Shown: piece after piece, positions 36,086 through 45,522 of the stretch
How positions within the stretch are numbered: position 1 is the first letter of the stretch
Layout: each line of letters begins with the position of its first letter
IMG/VR virus record: IMGVR_UViG_3300042473_001265
Coordinates: 248,001-312,000 of that record
DNA: 64,000 bases
Direction: 5' to 3' (one strand)
Position numbers and translations under genes: made by a program
The notes under the pieces: generated by a model
What the model was told of the DNA's origin: nothing
What the model saw: the letters and a program-made list of their open reading frames with translations, nothing else
Databases searched by the model: none

Positions 36086-37714
36086 ATGAGAGTAAAATTT
36101 TGTTCGCATAGTCTGACACAACTAATCAAGCATGAAAAAGTCAGTGTAAATCCTGCATGGCTCTACATGCAAAAATGGTACGAACTGCATGGAAAAAATC
36201 CCAATGTAAAATGGTTGCTTCCTGGGATTGTATTATTAGATCCAATGGATGTTGTAATTGATAAAATTGTGCAAGAACAACCTGATATTTTGGGTCTTGG
36301 ATTCTATGTTTGGAACTTTGACTTGCAATATCACATTGCCAGAGAAGTTAAAAAACAATTACCAGATATAATTATAGTCTGCGGCGGTCCGCAACTATCG
36401 GTACACAAAGAAACAGAGACTGACAACCAAGTTGATTTTTTCATCAACCATCCGTATATAGACTATGTAGTGTACGGCGACGGCGAACGACCATTTCAGC
36501 AAATTATTGATTATCATTCCGGGCTCCTGTTCAATAAAGACGAGTTTGTTAACATTATTGAAAATGCCAATGGGGTAAGAAAAATATATCCGCACGAAAC
36601 GTTGACAGATGAACTTTACCTAAGTCAAAGTCCTTATGTGAGTCAAGAAGCTCATATGGCCGAAGTGCGTGATCATCTGGCAGCTTACGGAATTCCAATC
36701 GAAGACCAATACTGGGCTATTGAATTTGCCCGAGGATGTATGTATAGTTGTACATTTTGTGATTGGTCACAAAATTTAACTAAAAAAGTCAAACGTCGTA
36801 CACACAACTGGAAACACGATATTGATTTGTTCCATCGACTAAATGTGGCCATACGAGAAACAGATGCCAACTTTGGACAATGGCCAGATGACATAAAAGC
36901 GTTTGATTATGCAATTTCTTTATATGATCCTGCTCGTAGTTTTTCTTTTATAGTGAACAACACTCCCAAACTCAAGAAAGATGTAACCGAGTATATTATT
37001 ACTCAAAATAGTCTTGTGTATGATGTTCCGCCTGTGATCAATCTTCAAGATGCCGATGAAGATGTATTAAAGGCAATCGATCGTCCAGCAGTTCCGTGGG
37101 AAGCTATTGTTAAAATGACAAACAATCTAAGAAATAACTTACCGCCTGAAAAATTTCGCAAGACAGAACTGCAATGCATACTAGGGTTACCGGGGCAAAC
37201 AGTTGACAGTCTAATTAATTCTTATGTTAAGTTTTTTGAATTGGGCTTGTTAAGAGCTTCATGGGCCAATTGGTCATTTTTACCAAACAGTCCAGCAGCT
37301 GATCCTGCTTATCAAAGATTCTGGGGGCTTGATATCAAGGAAGTGTACTTTGCATTTGAGTCTCATGTGGTGCCAGATCTTGGGGAACTATACAGCGAGT
37401 TAGCGTCTGGCAACAGTTTGTCAGACAAATTTTATAAGCTACCAATGGTGGTTGGTCATAAAACAATGAAAATGTTAGATTTATGGACTGCTCAAATACT
37501 AGCAAAAAAATGGAACGAGTTGACTAGTCGTGTAGATCTAGTAGAAAAATACAATAGTTCTCAGGTAAGAAACATACTGGGTAAATTAAAAACACACGCA
37601 ATAAAAGAAGCAACAACACAATATGACATACATCAACACCATATCAACCAGCATGGTATTGTTGTATGGGGTCATTACCAAACTGAATCAAAACTCATAC
37701 ACAAAAATCTTTAA
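36086..37714 (+). CDS. B12-binding-domain radical SAM protein
   Basis: 'PDILGLGFYVWN', 'IVCGGPQ', 'VVYGDGE', 'EFARGCMYSCTFCDW', 'ILGLPGQT'. Confidence 0.88.
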   Translation: MRVKFCSHSLTQLIKHEKVSVNPAWLYMQKWYELHGKNPNVKWLLPGIVLLDPMDVVIDKIVQEQPDILGLGFYVWNFDLQYHIAREVKKQLPDIIIVCGGPQLSVHKETETDNQVDFFINHPYIDYVVYGDGERPFQQIIDYHSGLLFNKDEFVNIIENANGVRKIYPHETLTDELYLSQSPYVSQEAHMAEVRDHLAAYGIPIEDQYWAIEFARGCMYSCTFCDWSQNLTKKVKRRTHNWKHDIDLFHRLNVAIRETDANFGQWPDDIKAFDYAISLYDPARSFSFIVNNTPKLKKDVTEYIITQNSLVYDVPPVINLQDADEDVLKAIDRPAVPWEAIVKMTNNLRNNLPPEKFRKTELQCILGLPGQTVDSLINSYVKFFELGLLRASWANWSFLPNSPAADPAYQRFWGLDIKEVYFAFESHVVPDLGELYSELASGNSLSDKFYKLPMVVGHKTMKMLDLWTAQILAKKWNELTSRVDLVEKYNSSQVRNILGKLKTHAIKEATTQYDIHQHHINQHGIVVWGHYQTESKLIHKNL

Positions 37715-37717
37715 CCA

Positions 37718-38434
37718 ATGTACAATCCAAAATTCAACTATCACTCACTTGCCCGAGAGCAAGTGGACGGAAAACGTCTATATGCCACTCCTGATGGCAA
37801 CAGGGTTCCTAGTGTAACCACTATTCTTGACAAGACCAAACCTGCAGAAAGTCGCATTGCACTGGCCAACTGGCGTAAAGCAGTGGGCGAAACAAAAGCA
37901 CAGCAAATCACAACAGAAGCGGCCAACCGCGGCACAAGAATGCACACCTATCTTGAAAACTATGTCAAGACAGGCGAAATCAAAGACAAAGGCACCAATC
38001 CGTTTGGATGGGCAAGTCACGCCATGGCCGAAGTTGTGATCGAAAACGGGCTTAAAAATGTAGATGAGTTTTGGGGTGTGGAAGTGCCCTTGTACTTTCC
38101 CGGCATTTACGCAGGTACAACAGACTGCTGTGGCATGCACAACAACCAACAAAGTATTTTGGACTTTAAGCAAACAAACAAGCCCAAAAAAATTGAGTGG
38201 ATTGAAGACTATTTCTTGCAACTGTGTGCCTATGCCGAAGCGCACAACGAAGTGTACGGCACAGACATACGCAAAGGTGTCATTTTAATGTGCGTTAAAC
38301 CCACCACAGATGACATGGGCAATGTGACCAGCGCACCGCAATACCAAGAATTTGTCATTGAAGGTGCGGAATTTGACCACTGGAAATCCCAATGGTGGAA
38401 AAGAGTCGAACAGTATTATCTGCTAAATAGTTGA
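37718..38434 (+). CDS. PD-(D/E)xK exonuclease
   Basis: 'PSVTTIL', 'RGTRMH', 'EVPLY', 'AGTTDC', 'LDFKQ', 'LQLCAYA'. Confidence 0.85.
   Translation: MYNPKFNYHSLAREQVDGKRLYATPDGNRVPSVTTILDKTKPAESRIALANWRKAVGETKAQQITTEAANRGTRMHTYLENYVKTGEIKDKGTNPFGWASHAMAEVVIENGLKNVDEFWGVEVPLYFPGIYAGTTDCCGMHNNQQSILDFKQTNKPKKIEWIEDYFLQLCAYAEAHNEVYGTDIRKGVILMCVKPTTDDMGNVTSAPQYQEFVIEGAEFDHWKSQWWKRVEQYYLLNS
38424..38429 (+). promoter_or_regulatory. TAAATA late-promoter-like motif
   Basis: Followed by GAGG SD and TTG start at 38453. Confidence 0.55.
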
Positions 38435-38452
38435 CAACAGAGGACAACTAAA

Positions 38453-40036
38453 TTGGCTATTGTACAAATTTCGCGAATTACCCAGCGTAAAGGGTTACAA
38501 GAAGATCTACCGCAATTGGCAGGCGCTGAATTGGGATGGAGTATCGACGAACGCAGATTGTTCATTGGTAACGGAACATTGGAAGAAGGTGCTCCAGTAA
38601 TTGGTAATACAGAAATTCTCACTGAATTTTCTGACTTATTGTATCTGGTGCAAGATTATGTATATTCGGGCCAAGAAGCCACCGGATACACAGTACAAAC
38701 AGGTGCAACACCCGGAACTCCGGTTCAACTGTCCTTGCAAAACTGGATGGATCAATTTGCCACAGTCAAAGACTTTGGTGCAGTTGGCAACGGTGTTGCT
38801 GACGACACTGCGGCCATTAACCGCGCACTTTATCAATTGTACTGTAGAGAAGTGAATCCTGCAATTCGTAGAAGTTTATTCTTTCCAGCTGGCATTTACA
38901 AAGTTTCAGGCACTATTGTTATTCCACCCTATGCCACACTGATTGGCGAAGGCCCCAAGAACAGTATTATTCAACTGACAGCAACTGCCACAGCAGTTTA
39001 CACAATGCAGACTGGCGACAGCCTACAACAGACCGGTGTCAACATTGGCACCAATGGCGCTCAACCTCCAATAAGTGTCACATGTGAAAATATGGCCTTT
39101 GCCAGTCTCAAAGCAACAGATGTTGCATGTATAGAACAGGCAACTGAATTTGTGTTTAATCAGGTTGAATTCCTTGGACCATTGACCACTGTTGATTTGA
39201 CATCGGCTGTGGCCGATATTTCGTGTGTTAAATTTATCAGTACTGCTGCCAATGACACGCATCAGATCAAGTTTGACAACTGTACATTCTCCGGCTGTAC
39301 CTATGGCATGCGAACAGATCAGCAGGTGCGTGGTATTGACTTTACTGGATCACATTTCTCCACACTGTTCGAAGGCATACTGGTTGAGCCAAACCCCCTG
39401 GGTTCTGCCTATGACCCGCGTGGTATTGGCATACAAAGTTGCGACTTTGATACTATCTATGCTCGCGGCATTGTGTTTGAAGTGGAACGCAATGCCACTG
39501 CACAAAATACATTCGGTGATGTCGGCAACCACTTTGGTGGTGTCACACAGCCCTACACTGCCATTATTGATTTTGTATCGCCCAACAACATCAGCGTTGG
39601 CGATATTTTTGATCGACCAGACCAATATGCCACACTGTATCCCAGAGTTGATTTGAATGGCACTGCCAGCATTGCGTTTACCAATGGTCAACAGTTGGCC
39701 ATGGGTCCGTATGTGCGAGAATCTGGCCTCACAGCAACATTGAACAACAATGTAACTTCGCCCACTGCTGCTTTTTCTTACAGTGAACTTGACACCTGGT
39801 CACTCAACATTGATTACAGCATTTCTAGAAGCACTGCATATAGAACTGGCAGAATTACTGTTGTTTTATTTGACGGCGCCGGTGCGCTAACATACACTGA
39901 TGATTTTTCTGAAAATACTTCTACTGGCATCACGCTGACAGTGTCACAGACCGGTAATGAAATTTTTGTAAACTACGTCAGCACAAATACCGGCACCGGT
40001 GGATCGATAACCTACAGCATAAACCATATACATTGA
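38453..40036 (+). CDS. Tailspike/tail-fibre protein (Mtd_N-like N-terminus, pectate-lyase-like beta-helix)
   Basis: 'GAELGWSIDERRLFIGNG', 'TVKDFGAVGNGVADDTAAI', 'FFPAGIYKV'. Confidence 0.8.
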   Translation: MAIVQISRITQRKGLQEDLPQLAGAELGWSIDERRLFIGNGTLEEGAPVIGNTEILTEFSDLLYLVQDYVYSGQEATGYTVQTGATPGTPVQLSLQNWMDQFATVKDFGAVGNGVADDTAAINRALYQLYCREVNPAIRRSLFFPAGIYKVSGTIVIPPYATLIGEGPKNSIIQLTATATAVYTMQTGDSLQQTGVNIGTNGAQPPISVTCENMAFASLKATDVACIEQATEFVFNQVEFLGPLTTVDLTSAVADISCVKFISTAANDTHQIKFDNCTFSGCTYGMRTDQQVRGIDFTGSHFSTLFEGILVEPNPLGSAYDPRGIGIQSCDFDTIYARGIVFEVERNATAQNTFGDVGNHFGGVTQPYTAIIDFVSPNNISVGDIFDRPDQYATLYPRVDLNGTASIAFTNGQQLAMGPYVRESGLTATLNNNVTSPTAAFSYSELDTWSLNIDYSISRSTAYRTGRITVVLFDGAGALTYTDDFSENTSTGITLTVSQTGNEIFVNYVSTNTGTGGSITYSINHIH

Positions 40037-40461
40037 AGTGGCCTGCAACATTTGAAGCAAGACTCGACAGCTGGAATCAACTTCGAACACAAGTTGCTGA
40101 CCAGCCTGTTGAATCGGCACTGGAAACCATTAACTCTTGGTGGTTTCAATCTCCTTGGACTGCTTACCATTTGCACTGGGACGACCAAATCACTTGGCCG
40201 GATCCTTGGCAGTTGTTGAGCGACAACATGTATTGTGAGGTTGCAAGAGGGCTGGGAATCCTGTATACTATAACATGCTTGAATCGTGGCGATATGGACT
40301 CTGCAGAGCTGGTTTTGACCAATGATGGCCGTAATTTAGTCCTCGTGGACAAATCTAAATATATACTGAATTGGGACCGGACAGTTGTATTAAATACCAG
40401 CTCGGAGATAGAAGTCAAGAAGAGCCTGCACCAGTCACAGATAACACAGCAGTACAAGTAA
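40033..40461 (+). CDS. Hypothetical protein, weak transglutaminase-like Cys-protease resemblance
   Basis: 'WPDPWQLLSDNMYCEVARGLG'; GTG start overlapping the upstream stop. Confidence 0.6.
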   Translation: MKWPATFEARLDSWNQLRTQVADQPVESALETINSWWFQSPWTAYHLHWDDQITWPDPWQLLSDNMYCEVARGLGILYTITCLNRGDMDSAELVLTNDGRNLVLVDKSKYILNWDRTVVLNTSSEIEVKKSLHQSQITQQYK

Positions 40462-40478
40462 AATAACAAGAGAAGTAA

Positions 40479-42797
40479 ATGTCAACAATCAATGTAGTAA
40501 AACGAAGCGGTCGGCGCGAGATCATGGCCATCGAAAAATGGCAAACCCAAGTAGCAAAAGTGTGCCAAGGCATAGCAGATGTCAGCCAAAGTATGGTGGA
40601 GATCAAAGCACAATTGCATTTCTACGATGGTATCACCACCAAAGAAATTGACGGTATCACACTTAGAGCTATTGTGGATTTGATCGATGTTGAATCAAAT
40701 CCTGATGTGGGCCATACCAACTATCAATATGTGGCCGGCAAACAAAGACTTAGCATGTTGAGAAAAGATGTGTACGGCAGCTATGATGTGCCATCACTGT
40801 ACACGATTGTAAAAAAGAATGTGGCCACTGGCCTGTACACTCCTGAGCTGCTGGAATGGTACACTGAAGATGATTGGAACCGAATGGATTCTTTCATTGA
40901 CCACAGCAAAGATGAACTGTATGGTTATGCAGCCATTGAACAGCTGATTGAAAAATATCTAGTTAAAAATCGTTCAACAGGACAAATTTATGAAACTCCA
41001 CAAATTAGATACATGGTCGCGGCCGCTACTGTATTTCACTCAGAAGAACCGAACACAGCGAGAATGCGCTTCATCAAAGAATACTACAACGCTGCCAGTG
41101 ATGGGCTATTTACTCTTGCTACTCCTGTTCTTGCTGGGCTTGGTACTCCTACGAAACAATTTTCATCTTGCGTTCTTATTAGATCAGATGATGATTTGGA
41201 TAGTATTTTCGCGTCTGGTGAAATGATGGCCAAGTATGCCAGCAAGCGAGCTGGCATTGGATTAGAGATTGGTAGATTGCGTCCACTAGGTTCGCCCATT
41301 CGTGGTGGTGAGATCATGCACACAGGTATGATACCATTCTTGAAGAAATGGTTTGGAGATTTGCGTAGTTGTAGTCAAGGAGGTATTCGTAATGCTAGTG
41401 CTACTGTGTTTTACCCTATTTGGCATCATCAATTTGATGATCTTATTGTACTCAAGAACAATCAAGGGACTGAAGAGACCCGAGTTCGACACATGGATTA
41501 TGGAGTCGTATTGTCAGCATTCTTCTGGAGACGATTTAAAAACAAAGAAGACATAACATTCTTTGATCCTAACGAAGTGCCCGACTTGTATCAAGCGTTC
41601 TATAGTAATACAGAACTATTCGAAGAACTTTATGTAAAGTATGAAAAGCAATCTGGCCTGCGTAAGAAAACTATGAGTGCTGAAGAAGTATTTAAATCAG
41701 GCATCTTGAAGGAGCGCACAGACACTGGACGCATCTATCTAGTGTTCATTGACAATGTGATGAAGCAAGGACCGTTTGATCCTGAATACCACACCATTTA
41801 CCAAAGTAACCTTTGTTGTGAAATACTTTTACCTACTCGTTCTTTTAAGCGTCTCGATGATGCTGATGGGCGCATCGCTTTATGCACTCTTGGTTCAATT
41901 AATTGGGGTGCCTTCCGTAATCCTGAAGATATGCGCAGGGCTTGTCGCATTCTACATAGAAGCCTCAATAATATACTGGACTATCAAGATTTCCTATCAA
42001 TTCAGTCGAAGTTGAGCAACGATGAAATCAGACCACTGGGAATTGGTATCACCAATCTTGCCTACTGGCATGCCAAGCGTAGTTTGAAATATGGTGAGAA
42101 GGATGCTCTGGCAGAAGTCAAAACTTGGATGGAACATCAGACATATTATCTAACTGAGATGAGTGTTGAACTGGCTGAGGAGCGAGGCCGATGTGAAGGC
42201 AGTGATCACACACGCTATGGCCAAGGACAGTTTCCCTGGGAACTTCGTGCAGTAGGAGTCAATGAACTGACTGATTTTACCCCGGAACTTGAATGGGAAA
42301 CACTTCGTGCTAGAATGAAAGTGAGTGGCGTTCGTAATGCTACTAATGGAGCAATTGCTCCTGTTGAATCCAGTTCGGTGGCCATCAACTCAACCAACGG
42401 CATTGAAATGCCCATGAGCCTGATCACTGTGAAAGAAAGCAAGGCCGGCAGTTTGATTCAAGTGGCGCCCGAATACAACCGGTTGAAAAACAAATATCAA
42501 CTGATGTGGGCACAAAAAGATTGTGATGGCTACTTGAAAACAGCCGCAGTACTAGCTGCCTATGTGGACCAAAGCATCAGTACCAACACATTCTACAATC
42601 CTGCACACTTTGCAGATCGTAAGGTACCAACAACTCTAATTGCTCGGAACTTGATGCAGTCGCACTACTGGGGTCTAAAAACTTTCTACTACAGCCTGAT
42701 CAACAAAGCAGGTAGCAAAGGTCAAGACGAAGTTGTTGCACCATTGGAAGCGATTGAGTTTGATGATCAAGAAGATTGCGAGGCATGCAAGCTCTAG
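40479..42797 (+). CDS. nrdA: Ribonucleotide reductase class Ia alpha subunit with ATP-cone
   Basis: 'VVKRSG', 'FSSCVL', 'NLCCEI', 'IAPVESS', 'KTFYY', C-terminal 'CEAC'. Confidence 0.97.
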   Translation: MSTINVVKRSGRREIMAIEKWQTQVAKVCQGIADVSQSMVEIKAQLHFYDGITTKEIDGITLRAIVDLIDVESNPDVGHTNYQYVAGKQRLSMLRKDVYGSYDVPSLYTIVKKNVATGLYTPELLEWYTEDDWNRMDSFIDHSKDELYGYAAIEQLIEKYLVKNRSTGQIYETPQIRYMVAAATVFHSEEPNTARMRFIKEYYNAASDGLFTLATPVLAGLGTPTKQFSSCVLIRSDDDLDSIFASGEMMAKYASKRAGIGLEIGRLRPLGSPIRGGEIMHTGMIPFLKKWFGDLRSCSQGGIRNASATVFYPIWHHQFDDLIVLKNNQGTEETRVRHMDYGVVLSAFFWRRFKNKEDITFFDPNEVPDLYQAFYSNTELFEELYVKYEKQSGLRKKTMSAEEVFKSGILKERTDTGRIYLVFIDNVMKQGPFDPEYHTIYQSNLCCEILLPTRSFKRLDDADGRIALCTLGSINWGAFRNPEDMRRACRILHRSLNNILDYQDFLSIQSKLSNDEIRPLGIGITNLAYWHAKRSLKYGEKDALAEVKTWMEHQTYYLTEMSVELAEERGRCEGSDHTRYGQGQFPWELRAVGVNELTDFTPELEWETLRARMKVSGVRNATNGAIAPVESSSVAINSTNGIEMPMSLITVKESKAGSLIQVAPEYNRLKNKYQLMWAQKDCDGYLKTAAVLAAYVDQSISTNTFYNPAHFADRKVPTTLIARNLMQSHYWGLKTFYYSLINKAGSKGQDEVVAPLEAIEFDDQEDCEACKL

Positions 42798-42808
42798 CAT
42801 GAAATGGT

Positions 42809-43306
42809 ATGAAAATAAATGAACTGTTAGAAAGTGCAGATGACATAGAGTTCAAGGCAAAAACTCTTGCTGTTGATGCACACAAGAACCAAAAATACGG
42901 TGTACACCCTTATGTCACTCATTTGGCGGATGTTGTTGCCCGTGTTAAAACAATTACACAAGACCCGGAAATAATTGCTGCTGCTTGGTTGCATGATATA
43001 GTGGAAGATACAGATGTTACCTTAGAACAAATCAAACAACAATTTGGTGATAATGTTGCCAATATAGTTTGGGCAGTGACAGGACGCGGAGAGAACCGAA
43101 AAGAAAAAATGGCAAATGCCATTGCCAAGATTGCTCAAACTCCGGGAAGTGAATTGGTAAAGAGTGCAGACCGATTGAGCAATGTTTCTGCCAGTTTAGC
43201 AAACAATCCAAAAAAACTTAAAATGTACCGAGATGAACACAAGGATTTGAGTCCAGTCTTGGGCAATAATGCATTGGCTTTAGAGCTAGTGGATTTATTT
43301 AAATAA
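42809..43306 (+). CDS. HD-domain hydrolase, Mesh1/SpoT-type small alarmone hydrolase-like
   Basis: 'AHKNQKY...PYVTHL..V', 'AAWLHDIVEDT', 'FGDNVA.IV..VT', 'VKSADRLSN'. Confidence 0.85.
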   Translation: MKINELLESADDIEFKAKTLAVDAHKNQKYGVHPYVTHLADVVARVKTITQDPEIIAAAWLHDIVEDTDVTLEQIKQQFGDNVANIVWAVTGRGENRKEKMANAIAKIAQTPGSELVKSADRLSNVSASLANNPKKLKMYRDEHKDLSPVLGNNALALELVDLFK

Positions 43307-43321
43307 AGAAAATAAATCGTA

Positions 43322-43420
43322 ATGTTAGAAACCATTTGTGATGTGATGTTGGATGCGTACGAGCGCAATTGGTCAGCCGGTGATGATTGGTTTTACTCCA
43401 TTGATGCAAAAAAAGAATAA
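43322..43420 (+). pseudogene. 32-codon ORF, possibly a deletion remnant
   Basis: MLETICDVMLDAYERNWSAGDDWFYSIDAKKE; as recalled, the N-terminus resembles phage class II aldolase-family proteins (unverified). Confidence 0.35.
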
Positions 43421-43435
43421 CAGGAAAATATTAAA

Positions 43436-44536
43436 ATGAGCCAAGCGCAATACAACTTAAAAACAAAAACAGATTATCTCAATCGTAAGATGTTTCTGGA
43501 TCCTGCGGGTCCTGTGACCATTCAACGCTTTGAAGAAGTCAAATACAACAAGATTGTAAAATTTGAACAAGAGGCTCGCGGATTCTTCTGGGTGCCCGAG
43601 GAAGTCAGCCTGACCAAGGATGCCAACGACTTCAAGGAAGCCAGCAGCACAGTCAAACATATTTTTACATCAAACCTGCTGCGTCAAACAGCACTGGACA
43701 GTTTACAAGGTCGTGGACCCACACAGGTGTTTACTCCTGTGGTATCAATTCCTGAATTAGAAGCCTTAATGTACAACTGGGGATTCTTTGAAACCAACAT
43801 TCACAGTAGAAGTTACAGTCACATCATCCGTAACATCTACAATGTGCCCAAGGATGTGTTCAGCACAATCCATGACACAAAAGAAATTGTTGAAATGGCC
43901 AGTACAATTGGCCTGTATTATGATCGCCTGCACATGATCAACTGCCGCAAAGAACTACAAGAAGATTTTGACGAATATGAACACATCAAAGCCATCTGGT
44001 TAGCACTGAATGCCAGCTACGGACTAGAAGCGTTCAGATTCATGGTCAGCTTTGCCACCAGCTTGGCCATGGTTGAGAACAGAATCTTCATTGGCAATGG
44101 CAATATCATCAGCTTGATACTGCAAGACGAAATTCTACACAAGGACTGGACAGCCTGGATCATCAATCAGGTGGTCAAAGAAGATCCACGCTTTGCCCGA
44201 GCCAAGCAAGAATGCGAAGCCGAAGTGTATCAAATGTATCTAGATGTGATTCGTGAAGAAAAAGCCTGGGCCGACTATTTGTTCAATCAAGGTCCAGTGA
44301 TTGGACTCAATGCCAACATTCTCAAAGACTTTGTGGACTACACAGCCGTGGGCGCACTGAAAGAAATTGGTATCAAGTATCAAGAACCTGCACCTCGTTC
44401 AACCCCCATTCCGTGGTTCAACAAGCATACAAACACAGCCAACAAGCAGACAGCTTTGCAAGAAAATGAAAGCACAAATTATGTCATTGGCGTGATGTCG
44501 TCTGACCTGGACTACGAACAACTACCGGAGCTATAA
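43436..44536 (+). CDS. nrdB: Ribonucleotide reductase class Ia beta subunit
   Basis: 'FFWVPEEV', 'LDSLQGR', 'ETNIHSRSY', 'LEAFRF', 'DEILH'. Confidence 0.97.
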   Translation: MSQAQYNLKTKTDYLNRKMFLDPAGPVTIQRFEEVKYNKIVKFEQEARGFFWVPEEVSLTKDANDFKEASSTVKHIFTSNLLRQTALDSLQGRGPTQVFTPVVSIPELEALMYNWGFFETNIHSRSYSHIIRNIYNVPKDVFSTIHDTKEIVEMASTIGLYYDRLHMINCRKELQEDFDEYEHIKAIWLALNASYGLEAFRFMVSFATSLAMVENRIFIGNGNIISLILQDEILHKDWTAWIINQVVKEDPRFARAKQECEAEVYQMYLDVIREEKAWADYLFNQGPVIGLNANILKDFVDYTAVGALKEIGIKYQEPAPRSTPIPWFNKHTNTANKQTALQENESTNYVIGVMSSDLDYEQLPEL

Positions 44537-44538
44537 AA

Positions 44539-44991
44539 ATGAATGACGATATTCGACAATCTATTGCAGCAACCGCACCCGGAGTAGATGATGCCTGGTT
44601 TGATGCTGGCGGTTTCCAGACCTACAAACACCCAACACCTATCAGTTATGAAACTGCCACAGACAACGGCACAGTAGATACACTAGAAGGACCTGTGGAC
44701 TACACCGTGGGTCACAAGATCATCACTGGTCCCAAAGGTGAGAAGTATCCTGTGAGCCCCATCAAGTTTGCTGCATACTACGACGACAATGGTGATGGCA
44801 CAGCAACACCCAAGAAAATCATGAAGGTGGCAAAGATTGCCGACCATGACGGTGTTGTCCGAGCCAGCTGGGGAGATTTAAATTATACCAAGGGCAATGA
44901 CTACATTGTGAAACATGGTCCTGGTGACTACGGTGTTGTGAAAGCAGACATCTTTGCCAAAACATACAACAAATCAAAAGAAGGAAAATAA
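44539..44991 (+). CDS. PGDYG-motif protein
   Basis: 'GDYIVKHGPGDYGVVKADIFAKTY'; two similar half-domains. Confidence 0.7.
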   Translation: MNDDIRQSIAATAPGVDDAWFDAGGFQTYKHPTPISYETATDNGTVDTLEGPVDYTVGHKIITGPKGEKYPVSPIKFAAYYDDNGDGTATPKKIMKVAKIADHDGVVRASWGDLNYTKGNDYIVKHGPGDYGVVKADIFAKTYNKSKEGK

Positions 44992-45219
44992 ATGAAAGCA
45001 ATTATATGGTCAAAAGACTCGTGCCCTTACTGTGTTCAAGCCAAGGCGATGTTAGAAAGCCGCGGCATAGATTACGAAGAACGCAATATTACACAAGGCA
45101 CCTGGACCCGAGAACAACTATTAGAAGCTGTACCAACAGCTCGAACACTGCCACAAATCTTCTTGGACCAAGAACTGGTGGGCGGATTTACAGAACTTAG
45201 AAAGAAACTAACAGAATGA
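44992..45219 (+). CDS. grx: Glutaredoxin
   Basis: 'CPYC', 'TLPQIF', 'VGGF'; after nrdB. Confidence 0.95.
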   Translation: MKAIIWSKDSCPYCVQAKAMLESRGIDYEERNITQGTWTREQLLEAVPTARTLPQIFLDQELVGGFTELRKKLTE

Positions 45220-45521
45220 ATATTGAAAAAACAATGGGACAGGTTTGCACATTTAAACTCAATTCAGGAGAAGAACTGATTGCAAGAGTAGAACTGATTG
45301 AATACAATTTTATCACAGTGAGCGAGCCAGTCAGTGTGGCACCGGGCCCACAAGGACTTGGTCTTGTACCCAGCGTGTTTACCGCAGAACGAAAGGGTTC
45401 TGTCACACTAAATATTAACAATGTTGCAATCTATGCACTCACTGACGAAGAAGTCAAAATGAAGTACATTGAAGCAACCACTGGCATCCGGGTGCCGGAG
45501 AAAAAACTTATACTAGGATAA
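45216..45521 (+). CDS. Small beta-rich hypothetical protein (Sm-like fold possible)
   Basis: 'FKLNSGEELIARV', 'YIEATTGI'. Confidence 0.7.
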   Translation: MNIEKTMGQVCTFKLNSGEELIARVELIEYNFITVSEPVSVAPGPQGLGLVPSVFTAERKGSVTLNINNVAIYALTDEEVKMKYIEATTGIRVPEKKLILG

Positions 45522-45522
45522 C

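Noticed and set aside
37718-38434. Cas4/CRISPR adaptation gene
   Set aside because: PD-(D/E)xK nuclease without the four-Cys Fe-S motif; no array or other cas genes
42798-43435. Homing endonuclease or intron between nrdA and nrdB
   Set aside because: The insert is an HD hydrolase with no HNH, GIY-YIG or LAGLIDADG motif; nrdA and nrdB are uninterrupted and of normal length
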